A DNA stretch of 64,000 nucleotides from Alphaproteobacteria bacterium (GCA_965232515.1 CBDDPY010000002.1:3936001-4000000), one strand, 5' to 3'; positions 30,258 to 41,472 are shown, counted from the first letter of the stretch. Notes: generated by a model not told the origin, from the letters alone. A program made the numbers and translations.

Positions 30258-31478
30258 GTGCACCGCATGGCTTTCTGGATCGACACCGCCCGCCTTGCCG
30301 ACGCGCAGGCCCTGTTCGGTCTGCCGCCCCTGGACCGGCACCTGCGCGCGCTGGCGCGGCGGCCGGCGCGCGCGCGGGTGATCCTGTCCGGCCCAACGGC
30401 CGAGGCGGCGCAGCCCACGGGCCTGGCGGTCGATGTCGCGGCCGATACCGCGCCCTTCGCCGACCGCCTGCGCGCGGCGCTGGCGGCAAGCGCCGAACCG
30501 GCGCTCGTGGTGCTGGACGGCGGCAGCCTGGTCGACCCGCGCCTGCTCGACGTGCTGGGCGACCACGGCCCGGCGCTGGTCGCCCGGGGCGGCGACGGCG
30601 ACGAACGCGCCGCCGCCCTGCGCCTGCCCGCCGGCGACCCGCGCGTCGTGCCCGACGACGTCGACAGCGTCGCCGACCTCGCCGACCGCCTGCTGGCCGA
30701 CGGCGTCGCCACCGAGCTGACGCCGGACGCCTTTCCCGGCTTCGTCACCAAGCTGCGGCGGCATCTTGATTTCTACGTGGTCGCCGTGCCCGACGCGGGC
30801 CGCCGCGAGGCGCGGGAGCGCTGGCTGTTCTGGTCGAACTACAAGGGTTCGACAGATGTGCTGACCCGCTGGGTCTATCCGCCGCTAGTCTGGCCGCTGG
30901 TCCGCTTCTGCACAGGCTTCCGCATCCACCCGAACTGGGTCACCGTGCTCAGCATCCTGCTGACGGTGGCGGCGGTGCCGCTCTTCGCCATGGGCCTCTA
31001 CTGGCCGGGTTTGGCGCTCGCCTACGCCATGAGCGTGCTCGACAGCGTTGACGGCAAGGTCGCGCGGCTGACGCTTACCGATTCGAAACTCGGCGACGTG
31101 CTCGACCACGGCCTCGACATCGTGCATCCGCCGTTCTGGTATCTCGCCTGGGCCTGGGGCCTGTCGGGCAGCGATCCCTATTCGGGCCTGATGTTCGCGG
31201 GTTGGTTGCTCACCGCATTCTACGTGGGCGACCGTCTGGCGCTGATGGTGGCGAAGTGGCATTTCGGCCGTGGCCTGCACGCCATGACGGCGCTCGATGG
31301 CGCCGTGCGCAGCATCATCGCCCGGCGCAACATCAACCTGTTGATTTTCACCGCCGGTCTCGCCGCCGGCGCTGGCGAGACCGGCTTCTACGCGGTCGTC
31401 GCCTGGCAGGGCGTCACCATGCTGTGGCACATCTGGCGTACCGCCTGGGTCGCCTGGCGCCGCCCCGCCGTCACCTGA
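30258..31478 (+). CDS. CDP-alcohol phosphatidyltransferase family protein with N-terminal soluble domain
   Basis: HPNWVT and DSVDGKVARLT...LGDVLDHGLD signature; about 200-aa N-terminal domain resembling a degenerate nucleotidyltransferase fold (inference). Confidence 0.85.
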   Translation: MHRMAFWIDTARLADAQALFGLPPLDRHLRALARRPARARVILSGPTAEAAQPTGLAVDVAADTAPFADRLRAALAASAEPALVVLDGGSLVDPRLLDVLGDHGPALVARGGDGDERAAALRLPAGDPRVVPDDVDSVADLADRLLADGVATELTPDAFPGFVTKLRRHLDFYVVAVPDAGRREARERWLFWSNYKGSTDVLTRWVYPPLVWPLVRFCTGFRIHPNWVTVLSILLTVAAVPLFAMGLYWPGLALAYAMSVLDSVDGKVARLTLTDSKLGDVLDHGLDIVHPPFWYLAWAWGLSGSDPYSGLMFAGWLLTAFYVGDRLALMVAKWHFGRGLHAMTALDGAVRSIIARRNINLLIFTAGLAAGAGETGFYAVVAWQGVTMLWHIWRTAWVAWRRPAVT

Positions 31479-31482
31479 CGGC

Positions 31483-32427
31483 CTAAGCGGCGCGCCGTCG
31501 CCGGTAGCCGAAGGCGACCAGCGCCGCCAGGCCAAAGCCGAACAGACCGAGGCTGCCGGGCTCCGGGATCACGTTCACGGTAAAGGTCGCCTGGTTCAGG
31601 AATGGAAAGCCGTTGCCGGTGCCGCCCGCCGACAACAGATCGGCCGTCAGCGCCAGGTCGATCAGACCGTCATCCAACGGCCCGCCGGGACCGCCCGTCG
31701 CGGCGGTCTGCAGGAACATCACGTCAAAGCTTTCCGAAATGATGCTCAGGTCGGCGCTGATCGTCGTCTGCGGCGTCCCCGGCACGCCGAGATCGCCCAG
31801 CGATAGGTCCGAGATGCCGACGCCCGTCCAGCGCTCGTCGGCATCGGTGCCGGGTAGCCCCGCCTCCAGCACCAGTTCGCCGTCGGTCGCCGTCGACAGT
31901 GTCGGAATGCCCAGCACGAAGTCCGGCGTCTCGTCCTCGAAGAACGCCAGCGTGGTGCCGGCGCTGAAGGTGCCGGCCGGCAGACCGAAAAGCGCCGCCA
32001 TGCCGGCGTCCGCCTGGAAGACGTAATTGGCGACCTCGTCGCCATCCAGGCCGTTCGAGCAGGCGAGATCGACGCAGTTGCCGTTGGGATCGGCGATGAT
32101 GCTGAGGCTCTGGACCTGGATCGCAAAGACGCCGCTCAGCTCGTTCATGCCGGTGCCGCCGCCGACGCCCGTATCGCCGGCCGCCGTGCGCACGGCGCTG
32201 ATATTGAACATGCCGAACAGCGTATCGCCGACGCCGATCAGATCGTCGCCGTCGCGGTCGAACAGCCCTTCGCCCGAGCTGTCGATAAGCTGCACCTGCC
32301 CCTGCTCCGGGAACAGGTTCTCCACATCCATGGGCCCGGCCTGCGCCGCGCCGGCGGTCAAAACGAGAAAAGCGGCGCAAGCGGCGGCGCCACCGGCCAG
32401 CGGTCGGGTTCTAGATATCGTCGTCAC
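31483..32427 (-). CDS. PEP-CTERM sorting domain surface protein
   Basis: Signal peptide ending AGAAQA; acidic Gly/Asp-rich body; C-terminal IPEPGSLGLFGFGLAALVAFGYRRRRAA. Confidence 0.9.
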   Translation of the reverse strand: MTTISRTRPLAGGAAACAAFLVLTAGAAQAGPMDVENLFPEQGQVQLIDSSGEGLFDRDGDDLIGVGDTLFGMFNISAVRTAAGDTGVGGGTGMNELSGVFAIQVQSLSIIADPNGNCVDLACSNGLDGDEVANYVFQADAGMAALFGLPAGTFSAGTTLAFFEDETPDFVLGIPTLSTATDGELVLEAGLPGTDADERWTGVGISDLSLGDLGVPGTPQTTISADLSIISESFDVMFLQTAATGGPGGPLDDGLIDLALTADLLSAGGTGNGFPFLNQATFTVNVIPEPGSLGLFGFGLAALVAFGYRRRRAA

Positions 32428-32558
32428 GTCTGTTCCCCCTGAGGTTTCCAGAAGGAACTGACTCCCGGCCGGGCGATATCAAGCGCTGGCCACGACGCTC
32501 ACAGATAGATCACAAGACGGCCGAAAACCGGGCATTCCGTCTGGCGATAAAAAATACT

Positions 32559-32608
32559 TGAACAACGTTCGGGAATATCCATCTAGATAATGAACAACGT
32601 TCATTATC
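32559..32608. promoter_or_regulatory. Putative operator pair upstream of PEP-CTERM gene
   Basis: TGAACAACGTTC at 32559 and 32591; the second copy lies in the inverted repeat GATAATGAAC-AAC-GTTCATTATC (32586-32608). Confidence 0.5.
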
Positions 32609-33040
32609 ATTTCATTACACAGGAATTTGGGGGTTCGCAAGATGTGGCCGAAACCGTTCAACATCCGCTTCCGGTGCTTCCTGAAACAGGTCGTCCCAGC
32701 CCTCTGGGGCGGCATGGCCCTGCAGCCGTGCTGACAACGGCCCGCCCGCTGCGCGTTTCCGGCGCACTCGGCGGATCCGCGCGGGGCTAGGTGTCCGGAC
32801 CTATTCGGGAAAAATTGCCACAAAAATAGCGCTGGTCTCCCGTCGACCCCGTCGCGAAGACTGGGGCCATACGTTACTGCCACCAATCGAGGGCTTGGTG
32901 GACAGGGAGGGATCACCAAATCTGCGGCTCGGCCGGCGATCCACCGCCATCCGATCTCCGGTCGGCCGCGGGTTTGGGAAAAATCGAACAGACCGGCGGC
33001 GCGCCATCGGACAACGCCGACCGCCGCGATCTCGGCATGA

Positions 33041-33834
<794 letters not shown>

Positions 33835-33835
<1 letters not shown>

Positions 33836-34950
33836 CACCGGGCCTCCGTCACGCGGCGGCGGATGAAGTTGTTGAAGATCACCGCGATCAGCAGCATCAC
33901 GCCCAGGAACACCTTGAACCAGTCGGTGTTCACGCCGGTAAAGAAGATGCCGACCTGCACGGTGCCGAAGATCAGCGCGCCGAACATGGCGCCGATCGCC
34001 GAGCCGTAGCCGCCGGTCAGCAGGCAACCGCCGATCACCGCGGCGATGATCGCCTCGAACTCCTTCAGCAGGCCGCGGTTGGTGTCGGCCGAGCCGGCGT
34101 CCAGCACCTGGATCGTCGCCACCAGCGTCGCCGCGCAGGCCGTGGTCATGAACAGGATGATCTTCACCCGCTCGACCGGCACGCCGACGTTGCGGGCCGC
34201 CGTCTTGTCGCCGCCGCAGGCGAAGATCCAGTTGCCGAACCGCGTGCGCAGCAGCACCCAGGTGGCGACGGCACCGAAGCCCAGCCACCAGATCACCGAC
34301 ACCGGAATGCCCGGCACAACGGGCGCGCCGTCGGCGCGCTGGGCGATGACGCCGACCTCGGACAGCCAGACGAACAGGCCGTGGCCGACGTCGCCGGAAA
34401 ACAACCCCGCCAGCCAGTCGTCCTCAGCGATCTGCTTCAGGCCCGAGACCTGCGTTCGGCCGGTGATCAGCCGGGTGAAGCCGATGGTCAGGCCGCGCAG
34501 AATGAACAGGCCGGCGAGCGTCACGATGAACGACGGCAGGCCCGTGCGCACCGTGATCAGACCGTTGAAATAACCGACGAAGATGGCGACGCCGAAGGCC
34601 ATCGGGATACAGACCCACAGCGGCCAGCCCCAGGTCGCGGCGGGAATCGCGATCACCACGCCCGCCGCGCCGATCATCGAGCCCACCGACAGGTCGAACT
34701 CGCCGCCGATCATCAGCAGCGCCACGGCCACGGCCAGGATGCCCAGCAGGGCCGAAACTTCGAGGAAGTTGACGATGCCGCGGGCGCTGAACATGCCGCT
34801 GTCGCCGGCGACAATGCCGAAGAACAGATAGACCAAAACAGCACCGGCCACGGCGCCAAGCTCGGGCCGTGCCAGCAGCTTCTTGACGAGTGAGGTCTCG
34901 CGCAGCCGCTCGTCGGCCCGCGCGGCGTCATTGGCGGTCTGTTCAGTCAC
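33835..34950 (-). CDS. Sugar/polyol ABC transporter permease (CUT2)
   Basis: [34 protein letters not shown]. Confidence 0.93.
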
Positions 34951-35061
34951 GGTTCGCCCCCAAGTTTCTTGTCCCCGATAACGCTACATCGACAAAAAGC
35001 TCCTGTGCGGCGATGGCGGCGGCGCGCCGGTGCGTCCCGCCGCCTCACCCCACCCCTACGC

Positions 35062-35997
35062 CTAGCGGATGCCCTTGGCGCTCAGGTCGATCACCTGAGC
35101 GGCATTCTCCGGGGTTACGAAACCGGGACCGGTCAATACGTCGGCGCCCGGCATCAGGCCGTATTTCTTGTGCAGCGTCAGAATGACGACCGGCATATAG
35201 CCCTGCAGGTACTGCTGTTGGTCGATGGCGAAGGCCATCTTCTTGTCGGCCAGCGCCTGCAGCACCGTCGGCGACAGGTCGAAGGTCCCCATCTTGACCT
35301 GACCGATCAGGCCTTCCTCTTCCAGCGCCGCCAGCGCCGGCTCCGCCGCCGACGGACCTAATGTCAGAATCGCCTGCGTATCGGGGTTGCGGATCAGATG
35401 CGACGACACGGCGCTGCGGATCTCGGTCGGGTCCATGGATACCGCCACCACTTCGACCTCACCGCCCAGGCCCTTGGCGAAGCCCTCGCAGCGCAGGTCC
35501 AGCGCCACGTTGCCGACCTCCTGGTTCACGCAGATCGCCTTCGTCACGCCCGACGCGGCCATGCGCTCGCCGCCGCCGACGCCGGCCTCGAACTCGGTTT
35601 GGCCGACATGCACCTGCACGCCCAGCGACTTGCGCACGTCGCTGCCCGAATTCATCGACACGACGGGAATGCCGGACGCCACAGCGGCGCGGATCGACTC
35701 GCCCAGCGCATCGGCGTCGGGGATCGAGACCACCAGGCCGTCCGGATTGGAGGCGACGGCGGTGTCGATCATCTGCGCCATGCGCACCATGTCGAAGGTG
35801 TCGGGCGCCAGGTACTCGACGCTGACGCCCATATCTTCCTGGGCGTCGTCGACGCCGTTCTTCACCACCGACCAGAATGGGTCGGACGCCTGGCCGTGGC
35901 TGACCACGACGATGCGGATGTCCTGCGCCAGCGCAGGTCCGATGGCCAATGCGGCAAGCCCCAGACAGACGGCCGCGAGCAGTTTAAGCTGTTTCAA
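35062..35997 (-). CDS. Sugar/polyol (inositol-like) ABC transporter substrate-binding protein
   Basis: Signal peptide; [29 protein letters not shown]; TTG start after GAGGGAGG. Confidence 0.9.
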   Translation of the reverse strand: MKQLKLLAAVCLGLAALAIGPALAQDIRIVVVSHGQASDPFWSVVKNGVDDAQEDMGVSVEYLAPDTFDMVRMAQMIDTAVASNPDGLVVSIPDADALGESIRAAVASGIPVVSMNSGSDVRKSLGVQVHVGQTEFEAGVGGGERMAASGVTKAICVNQEVGNVALDLRCEGFAKGLGGEVEVVAVSMDPTEIRSAVSSHLIRNPDTQAILTLGPSAAEPALAALEEEGLIGQVKMGTFDLSPTVLQALADKKMAFAIDQQQYLQGYMPVVILTLHKKYGLMPGADVLTGPGFVTPENAAQVIDLSAKGIR

Positions 35998-36229
35998 TAA
36001 AACCTCCCTCAAGTACCGACGGTTTCGAGAACGCGCATTTCTTCGTTTTGTCATAACAGCATGCCGCCTCTCGCCGCGCGGGTAAAGCCTCCGGCCATCC
36101 GCCGCCGATGAACGGTCATACAACCGACACAATTTCTTTGTTGAACCTAAGCAATTCCGTCACGCATGGTGCCGATGCTGCGCCGTCGGTCGAATCGGCG
36201 CATCTGGTCTCTTCAAAGCGGATATCGAT

Positions 36230-37378
36230 ATGCCCCTGAACCTGCTGGCCGGCCGCGTGCTGATGGCGGACGGCAGCCTCGAAACGGCCGACATCCATAT
36301 CGACGACGGCGTGATCGCCGGCTTCGAGGCCGGCCACGGCCCCAATGTCGATGTCGCCGGCCATCTGGTGTTGCCGGGCATCGTCGACAATCACGGCGAC
36401 GGCTTCGAGCGACACATCATGCCGCGCGCGGGCGTCGATTTCCCCCTGCCCGTGGCCTTGACCGACGCCGACCGGCAGTTGCTCTCCAGCGGCATCACCA
36501 CGGCCTTTTTCGCTCAAGGTCTGTCCTGGGAAGGCGGCCTGCGCGGCGCGGCGCGGGCCGACGCGCTGATCGACGCCATCGCCGCCCACGCCCATGTCTG
36601 CGGCGCCGATATCCGCGTGCACATCCGCCACGAGGTCTTCGCGCTCGACGACGTCGATACGCTCGTTGACTGGATCGCCGGCGGCCGGGTCGACATGCTG
36701 GTCTTCAACGACCATCTGCCCGATTTCGAGGCCATGCGCAGCGATACCGGCCGCATCGAGCGCTACGCCGCCCAGGCCGGCTGCGATAACGACACGTTTC
36801 TCGCCCGCATGGAAGCGACCAGAAGCCGCGAGGCGGACGTGCCGGCGGCGTTGGAGAAGATTGCCGCGGCGGCCCGCGAGGCCGGACTGCCGCTGGGATC
36901 GCACGACGACGATTCACCCGATCTGCGTCACCGCTATCAGGCGCTCGGCGCGACCATTGCCGAGTTCCCTGTGAACCGCGAAACCGCCGCGGCCGGCAAG
37001 CAGCTCGACAACCCGGTGATCATGGGGGCGCCGAACGTGCTGCGCGGCGGCAGCTCGCTCGGCAACATCTCGGCCACCGAATTGATCGCCGACGGCCTCT
37101 GCGACGTGCTGGTCTCGGACTACTATTACCCTGCCCAGCTCCACGCCGCCTTCCGGCTTGTGCGCGATGGCGTGCTGTCGCTGGGCGCCGCCTGGGCGCT
37201 GGTCGCGGCCAATCCGGCTGCTGTCGCCGGGCTCGATGATCGCGGCGTCATCGCTGCGGGGAAACGTGCCGACCTGATCGTGGTCGACAAGGGCGATTCT
37301 GGCACGCCGCGGGTGGTCGGCACGGTCGTCGCCGGCCGGCCCGTGGCCATTGGCGGCGAGTTGTTCGGAGCTATTTGA
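36230..37378 (+). CDS. phnM: Alpha-D-ribose 1-methylphosphonate 5-triphosphate diphosphatase-like amidohydrolase
   Basis: LPGIVDNHGDGFERHIMPR, GSHDDD, AEFP, MGAPNVLRGGS, LVSDYY, GKRADL. Confidence 0.85.
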   Translation: MPLNLLAGRVLMADGSLETADIHIDDGVIAGFEAGHGPNVDVAGHLVLPGIVDNHGDGFERHIMPRAGVDFPLPVALTDADRQLLSSGITTAFFAQGLSWEGGLRGAARADALIDAIAAHAHVCGADIRVHIRHEVFALDDVDTLVDWIAGGRVDMLVFNDHLPDFEAMRSDTGRIERYAAQAGCDNDTFLARMEATRSREADVPAALEKIAAAAREAGLPLGSHDDDSPDLRHRYQALGATIAEFPVNRETAAAGKQLDNPVIMGAPNVLRGGSSLGNISATELIADGLCDVLVSDYYYPAQLHAAFRLVRDGVLSLGAAWALVAANPAAVAGLDDRGVIAAGKRADLIVVDKGDSGTPRVVGTVVAGRPVAIGGELFGAI

Positions 37379-37634
37379 AGCGAACGCCGAGCTGGGTTTC
37401 CGAAGTCCAGACGACCTCGCAGGCGACGCTGTTCCCGTCGCTGTCCTCCAGCACCATTTCCTTCGGGCAAGCGAACGCGCTTTCGCATTCGAGCCGCGCG
37501 CCCGTGGTCGAGAGATCGCGTATCCGGCAATCGATCACCGATGCCGCATCGTTGAAGATGATCTTCGCGCTTTTCAGTCGCCGCAGCCGGGCCGCACCGC
37601 GGCGTTCCGGCGTCGCGTCACCGTCACTCATCAT
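37371..37634 (-). CDS. Stand-alone PilZ domain protein
   Basis: RxxxR (ERRGAARLRR) and DLSTTG motifs, CEVVW...LGVRF. Confidence 0.85.
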   Translation of the reverse strand: MMSDGDATPERRGAARLRRLKSAKIIFNDAASVIDCRIRDLSTTGARLECESAFACPKEMVLEDSDGNSVACEVVWTSETQLGVRFK

Positions 37635-37749
37635 GGTCCAACCCAACCGTTCCTGCTCGCCCTGAAGGCCGACCGCCGGACGTGACATCCGCAATCGGCC
37701 CGACAGCTAAGGCGCGCAACCCCCTGACACTAGGGATAAGTGCCGAGGA

Positions 37750-37766
37750 TTAAGGAAAGCTGAACC
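37750..37766. promoter_or_regulatory. CtrA-like box (1 mismatch)
   Basis: TTAA-GGAAAGC-TGAACC about 115 bp upstream of the PilZ gene. Confidence 0.5.
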
Positions 37767-37778
37767 AGTGCAATTGAT

Positions 37779-38744
37779 TTATTGAGCGGTCCGTTCCCGC
37801 GAAAGACGTATGCGCGCGCGGCCGCCGCCGGGAATACGGCCCGCGACCAGCTCGATCCCGCAGCTTCGGCACAGCGCGTCGGCCATGCCCAGGCCCGACG
37901 CGGCCCCGCCCTTCGCGGAAGGCAGACCGCCGCCGACCACGACCATCGGCGCCGACGCCGGCGGCGTCGCCACAAGATCGGCGCCGCCATGATCGACGGC
38001 GATATCGAGGTTTCCGCTCGGATCCACGGCGGCGCCGACGCGGATCCGACCGTCCCTGCCCGCGTTCCCAATCGCGTCCGACAGCAGGCTGACCAGGATC
38101 TGCTGCAACTTGATCTCGTTGCAGCGGACCCGCGGCAACGCCTCGGCCAGGTCGAGCTGAATATCGCCATGCGTGCCGTCGGCGAACTCGAGCGCAACCG
38201 ACACGGCGGTCTCGATCAGCGAGGGGACATCGATCAGCACCTCGTGCATGGCGACCTTGCCGGCATCGACATTCGACAGAGCCAGCAGCTCGTTGATCGC
38301 CACCGTCAATCCCCGGCCGCCATCGATGATGCGGCGAAGCTGCTTGGCGTATTTCGGATGGCCCAGCGGGCCGAAGCGGCCGGCATCGATCGCCTCGGCA
38401 AAGTTTATGATCGCGCTCAACGGCATGTGCAGCTCGTGCGCCATGCTGGCGAGAAAGCCCGACAGATGGCGCAGGCTTTCGTTGTTGCGAAAGCGCACGC
38501 CCACCTGGCGCTCGGACCGCCACATCACCTCGCAGTCGAAGCTCTGTTCGTCGCCGACCTTGAGAATGATGCTCTTCGGCAGATGCGGCGCGTTTTCGGT
38601 TTCCAGCTTGGCGCCGGTGTCGGAGATATCGCGCAGCACGCAATCGATGATCGAACTGGCGTTATTGAATACGACCTTGGCGCTCTTCAATCTCCGGAGC
38701 CGCATGCTATCGCGGCGGTTCGCCATCTCGGCGTTGTCGTCCAT
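37779..38744 (-). CDS. PilZ domain fused to HisKA and degenerate HATPase (pseudokinase-like)
   Basis: NRRDSMR and DISDTG PilZ motifs; FLASMAHELHMPLSAI H-box; N-box LQQILVSLLSDAI and G1 VDHGG degenerate. Confidence 0.8.
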   Translation of the reverse strand: MDDNAEMANRRDSMRLRRLKSAKVVFNNASSIIDCVLRDISDTGAKLETENAPHLPKSIILKVGDEQSFDCEVMWRSERQVGVRFRNNESLRHLSGFLASMAHELHMPLSAIINFAEAIDAGRFGPLGHPKYAKQLRRIIDGGRGLTVAINELLALSNVDAGKVAMHEVLIDVPSLIETAVSVALEFADGTHGDIQLDLAEALPRVRCNEIKLQQILVSLLSDAIGNAGRDGRIRVGAAVDPSGNLDIAVDHGGADLVATPPASAPMVVVGGGLPSAKGGAASGLGMADALCRSCGIELVAGRIPGGGRARIRLSRERTAQ

Positions 38745-38825
38745 AACCAAGGTCCCGAACCCCCGAACGCACCGGCCGTGCCGCCGGCGCATTTTCCCCT
38801 CCTCTCGGATATTGCCGCTCCGCCA

Positions 38826-38870
38826 TTAACGTCGGGTGAAGCCGCCGCGCACGTAAACATGGTGTTAACC
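38826..38870. promoter_or_regulatory. Two CtrA-like boxes (1 mismatch each)
   Basis: TTAA-CGTCGGG-TGAA (38826-38840) and TAAA-CATGGTG-TTAACC (38854-38870) in the divergent promoter region. Confidence 0.55.
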
Positions 38871-38976
38871 CAGGCCCAATGGGCCTACACTTGTTTCTGC
38901 AACCGGTTCGCTGCATCGAAGGCGGCCGGTGCCGCCCGTCGTTCACGGCAGCGAGCCGGCACCGGAGGAAACCGTC

Positions 38977-39411
38977 ATGAACGTCGCGTTGCTGTTACAG
39001 TCGAAAGGATCCGACGTCGCAACCGTCAAACCGGATACCCGGATGTCGACGGTGGTGCGGCAGTTGCGTCTGAAGGGCGTCGGCGCGCTGGTTGTCAGCG
39101 AGGACGGCCGCACGGTTCAGGGCCTGATCTCGGAGCGGCATATCGTGCATGCGTTCGCCGCGCACGGGCCCGAGCTCTTGGACCTGCCGGTGGCCGACGT
39201 GATGAGCCGGTCGGTCATTACCTGCAAGCCGCAGGACAACGTCAAGCAGGTGATGGCGATGATGACCCGCCACCGCGAGCGACATATCCCGGTGGTCGAG
39301 GGCGGTCATCTCTGCGGCCTCATCAGCATCGGCGATGTGGTCAAGAGCCGCCTCGACGAGATGGAGCTGGAAGCCAACGTCCTGCGCGAACGCGTCATCG
39401 CCCGCGGCTGA
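38977..39411 (+). CDS. CBS domain pair protein
   Basis: GVGALVV, GLISERHIV, VADVMS, RHIPVVE, GLISIGDVVK. Confidence 0.9.
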   Translation: MNVALLLQSKGSDVATVKPDTRMSTVVRQLRLKGVGALVVSEDGRTVQGLISERHIVHAFAAHGPELLDLPVADVMSRSVITCKPQDNVKQVMAMMTRHRERHIPVVEGGHLCGLISIGDVVKSRLDEMELEANVLRERVIARG

Positions 39412-39440
39412 CGCCTCGCCGCGTCGGGACGGCGCCGTGC

Positions 39441-40235
39441 CTAACGCCCTTCGAACCGGGGCTTGCGCTTCTCGCCGAAAGCGCGCTGGCCTTCCTGGTA
39501 GTCGGCGCTGGCGTGGCAGGCGTCGACCAGCGCCTGGCAGAGCTCCAGATCCGCCTCCGCGGGCGCCTTGCCGGCTTCGGCAATAATGCCCTTCGCCGCC
39601 CTGACCGATAGGGGCGCGTTCTCGGCAATGCCGCGGGCATAGTCGTCGACCAGTTCGTTCAGTTCGGCCGCCGGCGCGACGCGATTGACCAACCCCATCT
39701 GCATAGCCTCGGCGGCGCTGAACTGGCGGCCCGTGAACAGCAGCTCCTTCGCGTGCTTGGCGCTGATATTGGCCAGCAGCAGCCGCACATCGTCGTACTT
39801 GTAACCGAGGCCGAGCCGCGCCGGCGTCACCGCGAAGCGGGCGTCGTCCGCGGCGATCTGCAGGTCGCAGAGCTGCGAGACCTCGAGCCCGCCGCCGATG
39901 CAATAGCCTTCAATTCTGGCGATCACCGGCTTCGGCGCCTCGGCCAGCGCCGCATAAGCGCGGCCCGAGGCGGCGTTGTATTCGGCGATCTGTTCGTTGC
40001 TGGCCCGGCGCGTCGCGAACTCCGAAATATCGTTACCGGCCGAAAAGGCCTTGCCGCCGGCGCCACTGACCACGATCACGCGGACCGCGTCGTCGCCGAC
40101 AAAATCGGCGATGACATCGGGTATCGCCTGCCACATGGCGAACGAAATCGCGTTGCGGCGTTCGGGTTGATTGAAGATCAGCCGGCCGATCCCGCCGTCT
40201 TTTTGGGCGATAATCTTGTCCGTGACATCCAACAT
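39441..40235 (-). CDS. Enoyl-CoA hydratase/isomerase family protein
   Basis: AFSAGNDISEF, KPVIARIEGYCIGGG, EGQRAFGEKRKPRF. Confidence 0.92.
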   Translation of the reverse strand: MLDVTDKIIAQKDGGIGRLIFNQPERRNAISFAMWQAIPDVIADFVGDDAVRVIVVSGAGGKAFSAGNDISEFATRRASNEQIAEYNAASGRAYAALAEAPKPVIARIEGYCIGGGLEVSQLCDLQIAADDARFAVTPARLGLGYKYDDVRLLLANISAKHAKELLFTGRQFSAAEAMQMGLVNRVAPAAELNELVDDYARGIAENAPLSVRAAKGIIAEAGKAPAEADLELCQALVDACHASADYQEGQRAFGEKRKPRFEGR

Positions 40236-40382
40236 CTCGATCCTTTCGGCAACGTGCGGCGAGACTTGCGAGTCTAGACGCAACCGTTTGCCGTTTCACC
40301 ATCGGCCCGGTTCGCGCTAGATTCCCTCGATCTTTACCACTGCAGACAAACACAACTCGCAACAACAGGGGAACAGGTGGTC

Positions 40383-41402
40383 ATGAAACTGAAATCAGCT
40401 CTTTCCGCCGCCGCGGTCATCGCGGTCACGGCGGCCTTCGGCGCCGCCCAGGCACAGGACATGCGGTTCTTCAAGATCGCCAGCGGCAGCGCCGGCGGCA
40501 CCTACTATCCCATGGCCGGTCTGATCGCCAATGCGGTCAGCAACCCGCCCGGCTCGCGCCCGTGCGAGAAGCGCGGCAGCTGCGGCGTGCCCGGCCTCGT
40601 CGCCATCGCCATGTCGGCGAACGGCTCGGTCGCGAACGTGAATGCGATCCAGTCCGGCACCGTCGATTCCGGCCTGGCCCAATCCGACGTCACCTATTGG
40701 GCCTATACCGGCACAGGCGTGTTCGACGGCAAGCCGCCGCTGACCAAGCTGCGCGCGCTCGCCAATCTGTTCCCGGAGCACATCCACGTCGTCGTGCGCA
40801 AGGACTCGCCGTTCCAGCAGGTCACCGATCTCAAGGGCAAGCGCATCGGCATTGGCCTGCAGGCGTCCGGCGCCAAGGTCGGCGCCGTCTTGATCCTGGA
40901 AGCGCACGGCATGAAGGAGAATGTCGACTACGAGGCCGAGTACCTGAACAGCCAGCAGTCGATCGACCGCATGCGCGACGGTCAGCTCGAGGCCATGATC
41001 ACGGTCACCGGTTATCCGCAGGCCGCCATCGCCGAGCTCGCCACCACGGTCGGCGCCCGGCTGCTGCCGATCGCCGCTGACAAGGCCGAGATCGTCAAGA
41101 AAAAGGCGCCGTTCTATTACAACGAAAAGGTGCCGGCCGGCGCCTACGAGGGCATCGACAGCGACACCGCGACGCTCGCCGTCGGTGCGCAGTGGCTGGT
41201 CAGCGCCGATGCTGACGACAAGCTGATCTACGAGATCACCAAGGCGCTGTGGAACGACAATACCCGCAAGCTGCTGAACAACGGCCACGCCAAGGGCAAG
41301 GTCGTGCAGCTCGGCACCGCGCTCGACGCCATCGGCATCCCGGTGCATCCGGGCGCCGCCAAATACTACAAAGAAGCCGGCATGACCGTGCCGCAGAATT
41401 GA
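40383..41402 (+). CDS. TAXI family TRAP transporter solute-binding subunit
   Basis: Signal peptide; SGSAGGTYYP, GSVANV, LAQSDV, PVHPGAAKYY. Confidence 0.93.
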   Translation: MKLKSALSAAAVIAVTAAFGAAQAQDMRFFKIASGSAGGTYYPMAGLIANAVSNPPGSRPCEKRGSCGVPGLVAIAMSANGSVANVNAIQSGTVDSGLAQSDVTYWAYTGTGVFDGKPPLTKLRALANLFPEHIHVVVRKDSPFQQVTDLKGKRIGIGLQASGAKVGAVLILEAHGMKENVDYEAEYLNSQQSIDRMRDGQLEAMITVTGYPQAAIAELATTVGARLLPIAADKAEIVKKKAPFYYNEKVPAGAYEGIDSDTATLAVGAQWLVSADADDKLIYEITKALWNDNTRKLLNNGHAKGKVVQLGTALDAIGIPVHPGAAKYYKEAGMTVPQN

Positions 41403-41414
41403 TCGTGACGTATC

Positions 41415-41446
41415 TCGGCGGCCGGGTGAGCCTTCCCGGCCGCCGA
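41415..41446 (+). other. Intercistronic stem-loop after solute-binding gene
   Basis: 12-bp stem TCGGCGGCCGGG / CCCGGCCGCCGA; probably stabilises mRNA or attenuates transcription (inference). Confidence 0.5.
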
Positions 41447-41472
41447 CGTTTCCTCGACCCGCAGCCGCCTCC

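Noticed and set aside
32478-32492. Sigma-54 promoter for the PEP-CTERM gene (minus strand TGGCCAGCGCTTGAT)
   Set aside because: GG-to-TTG spacing is one base short and the conserved GC at -12 is absent.
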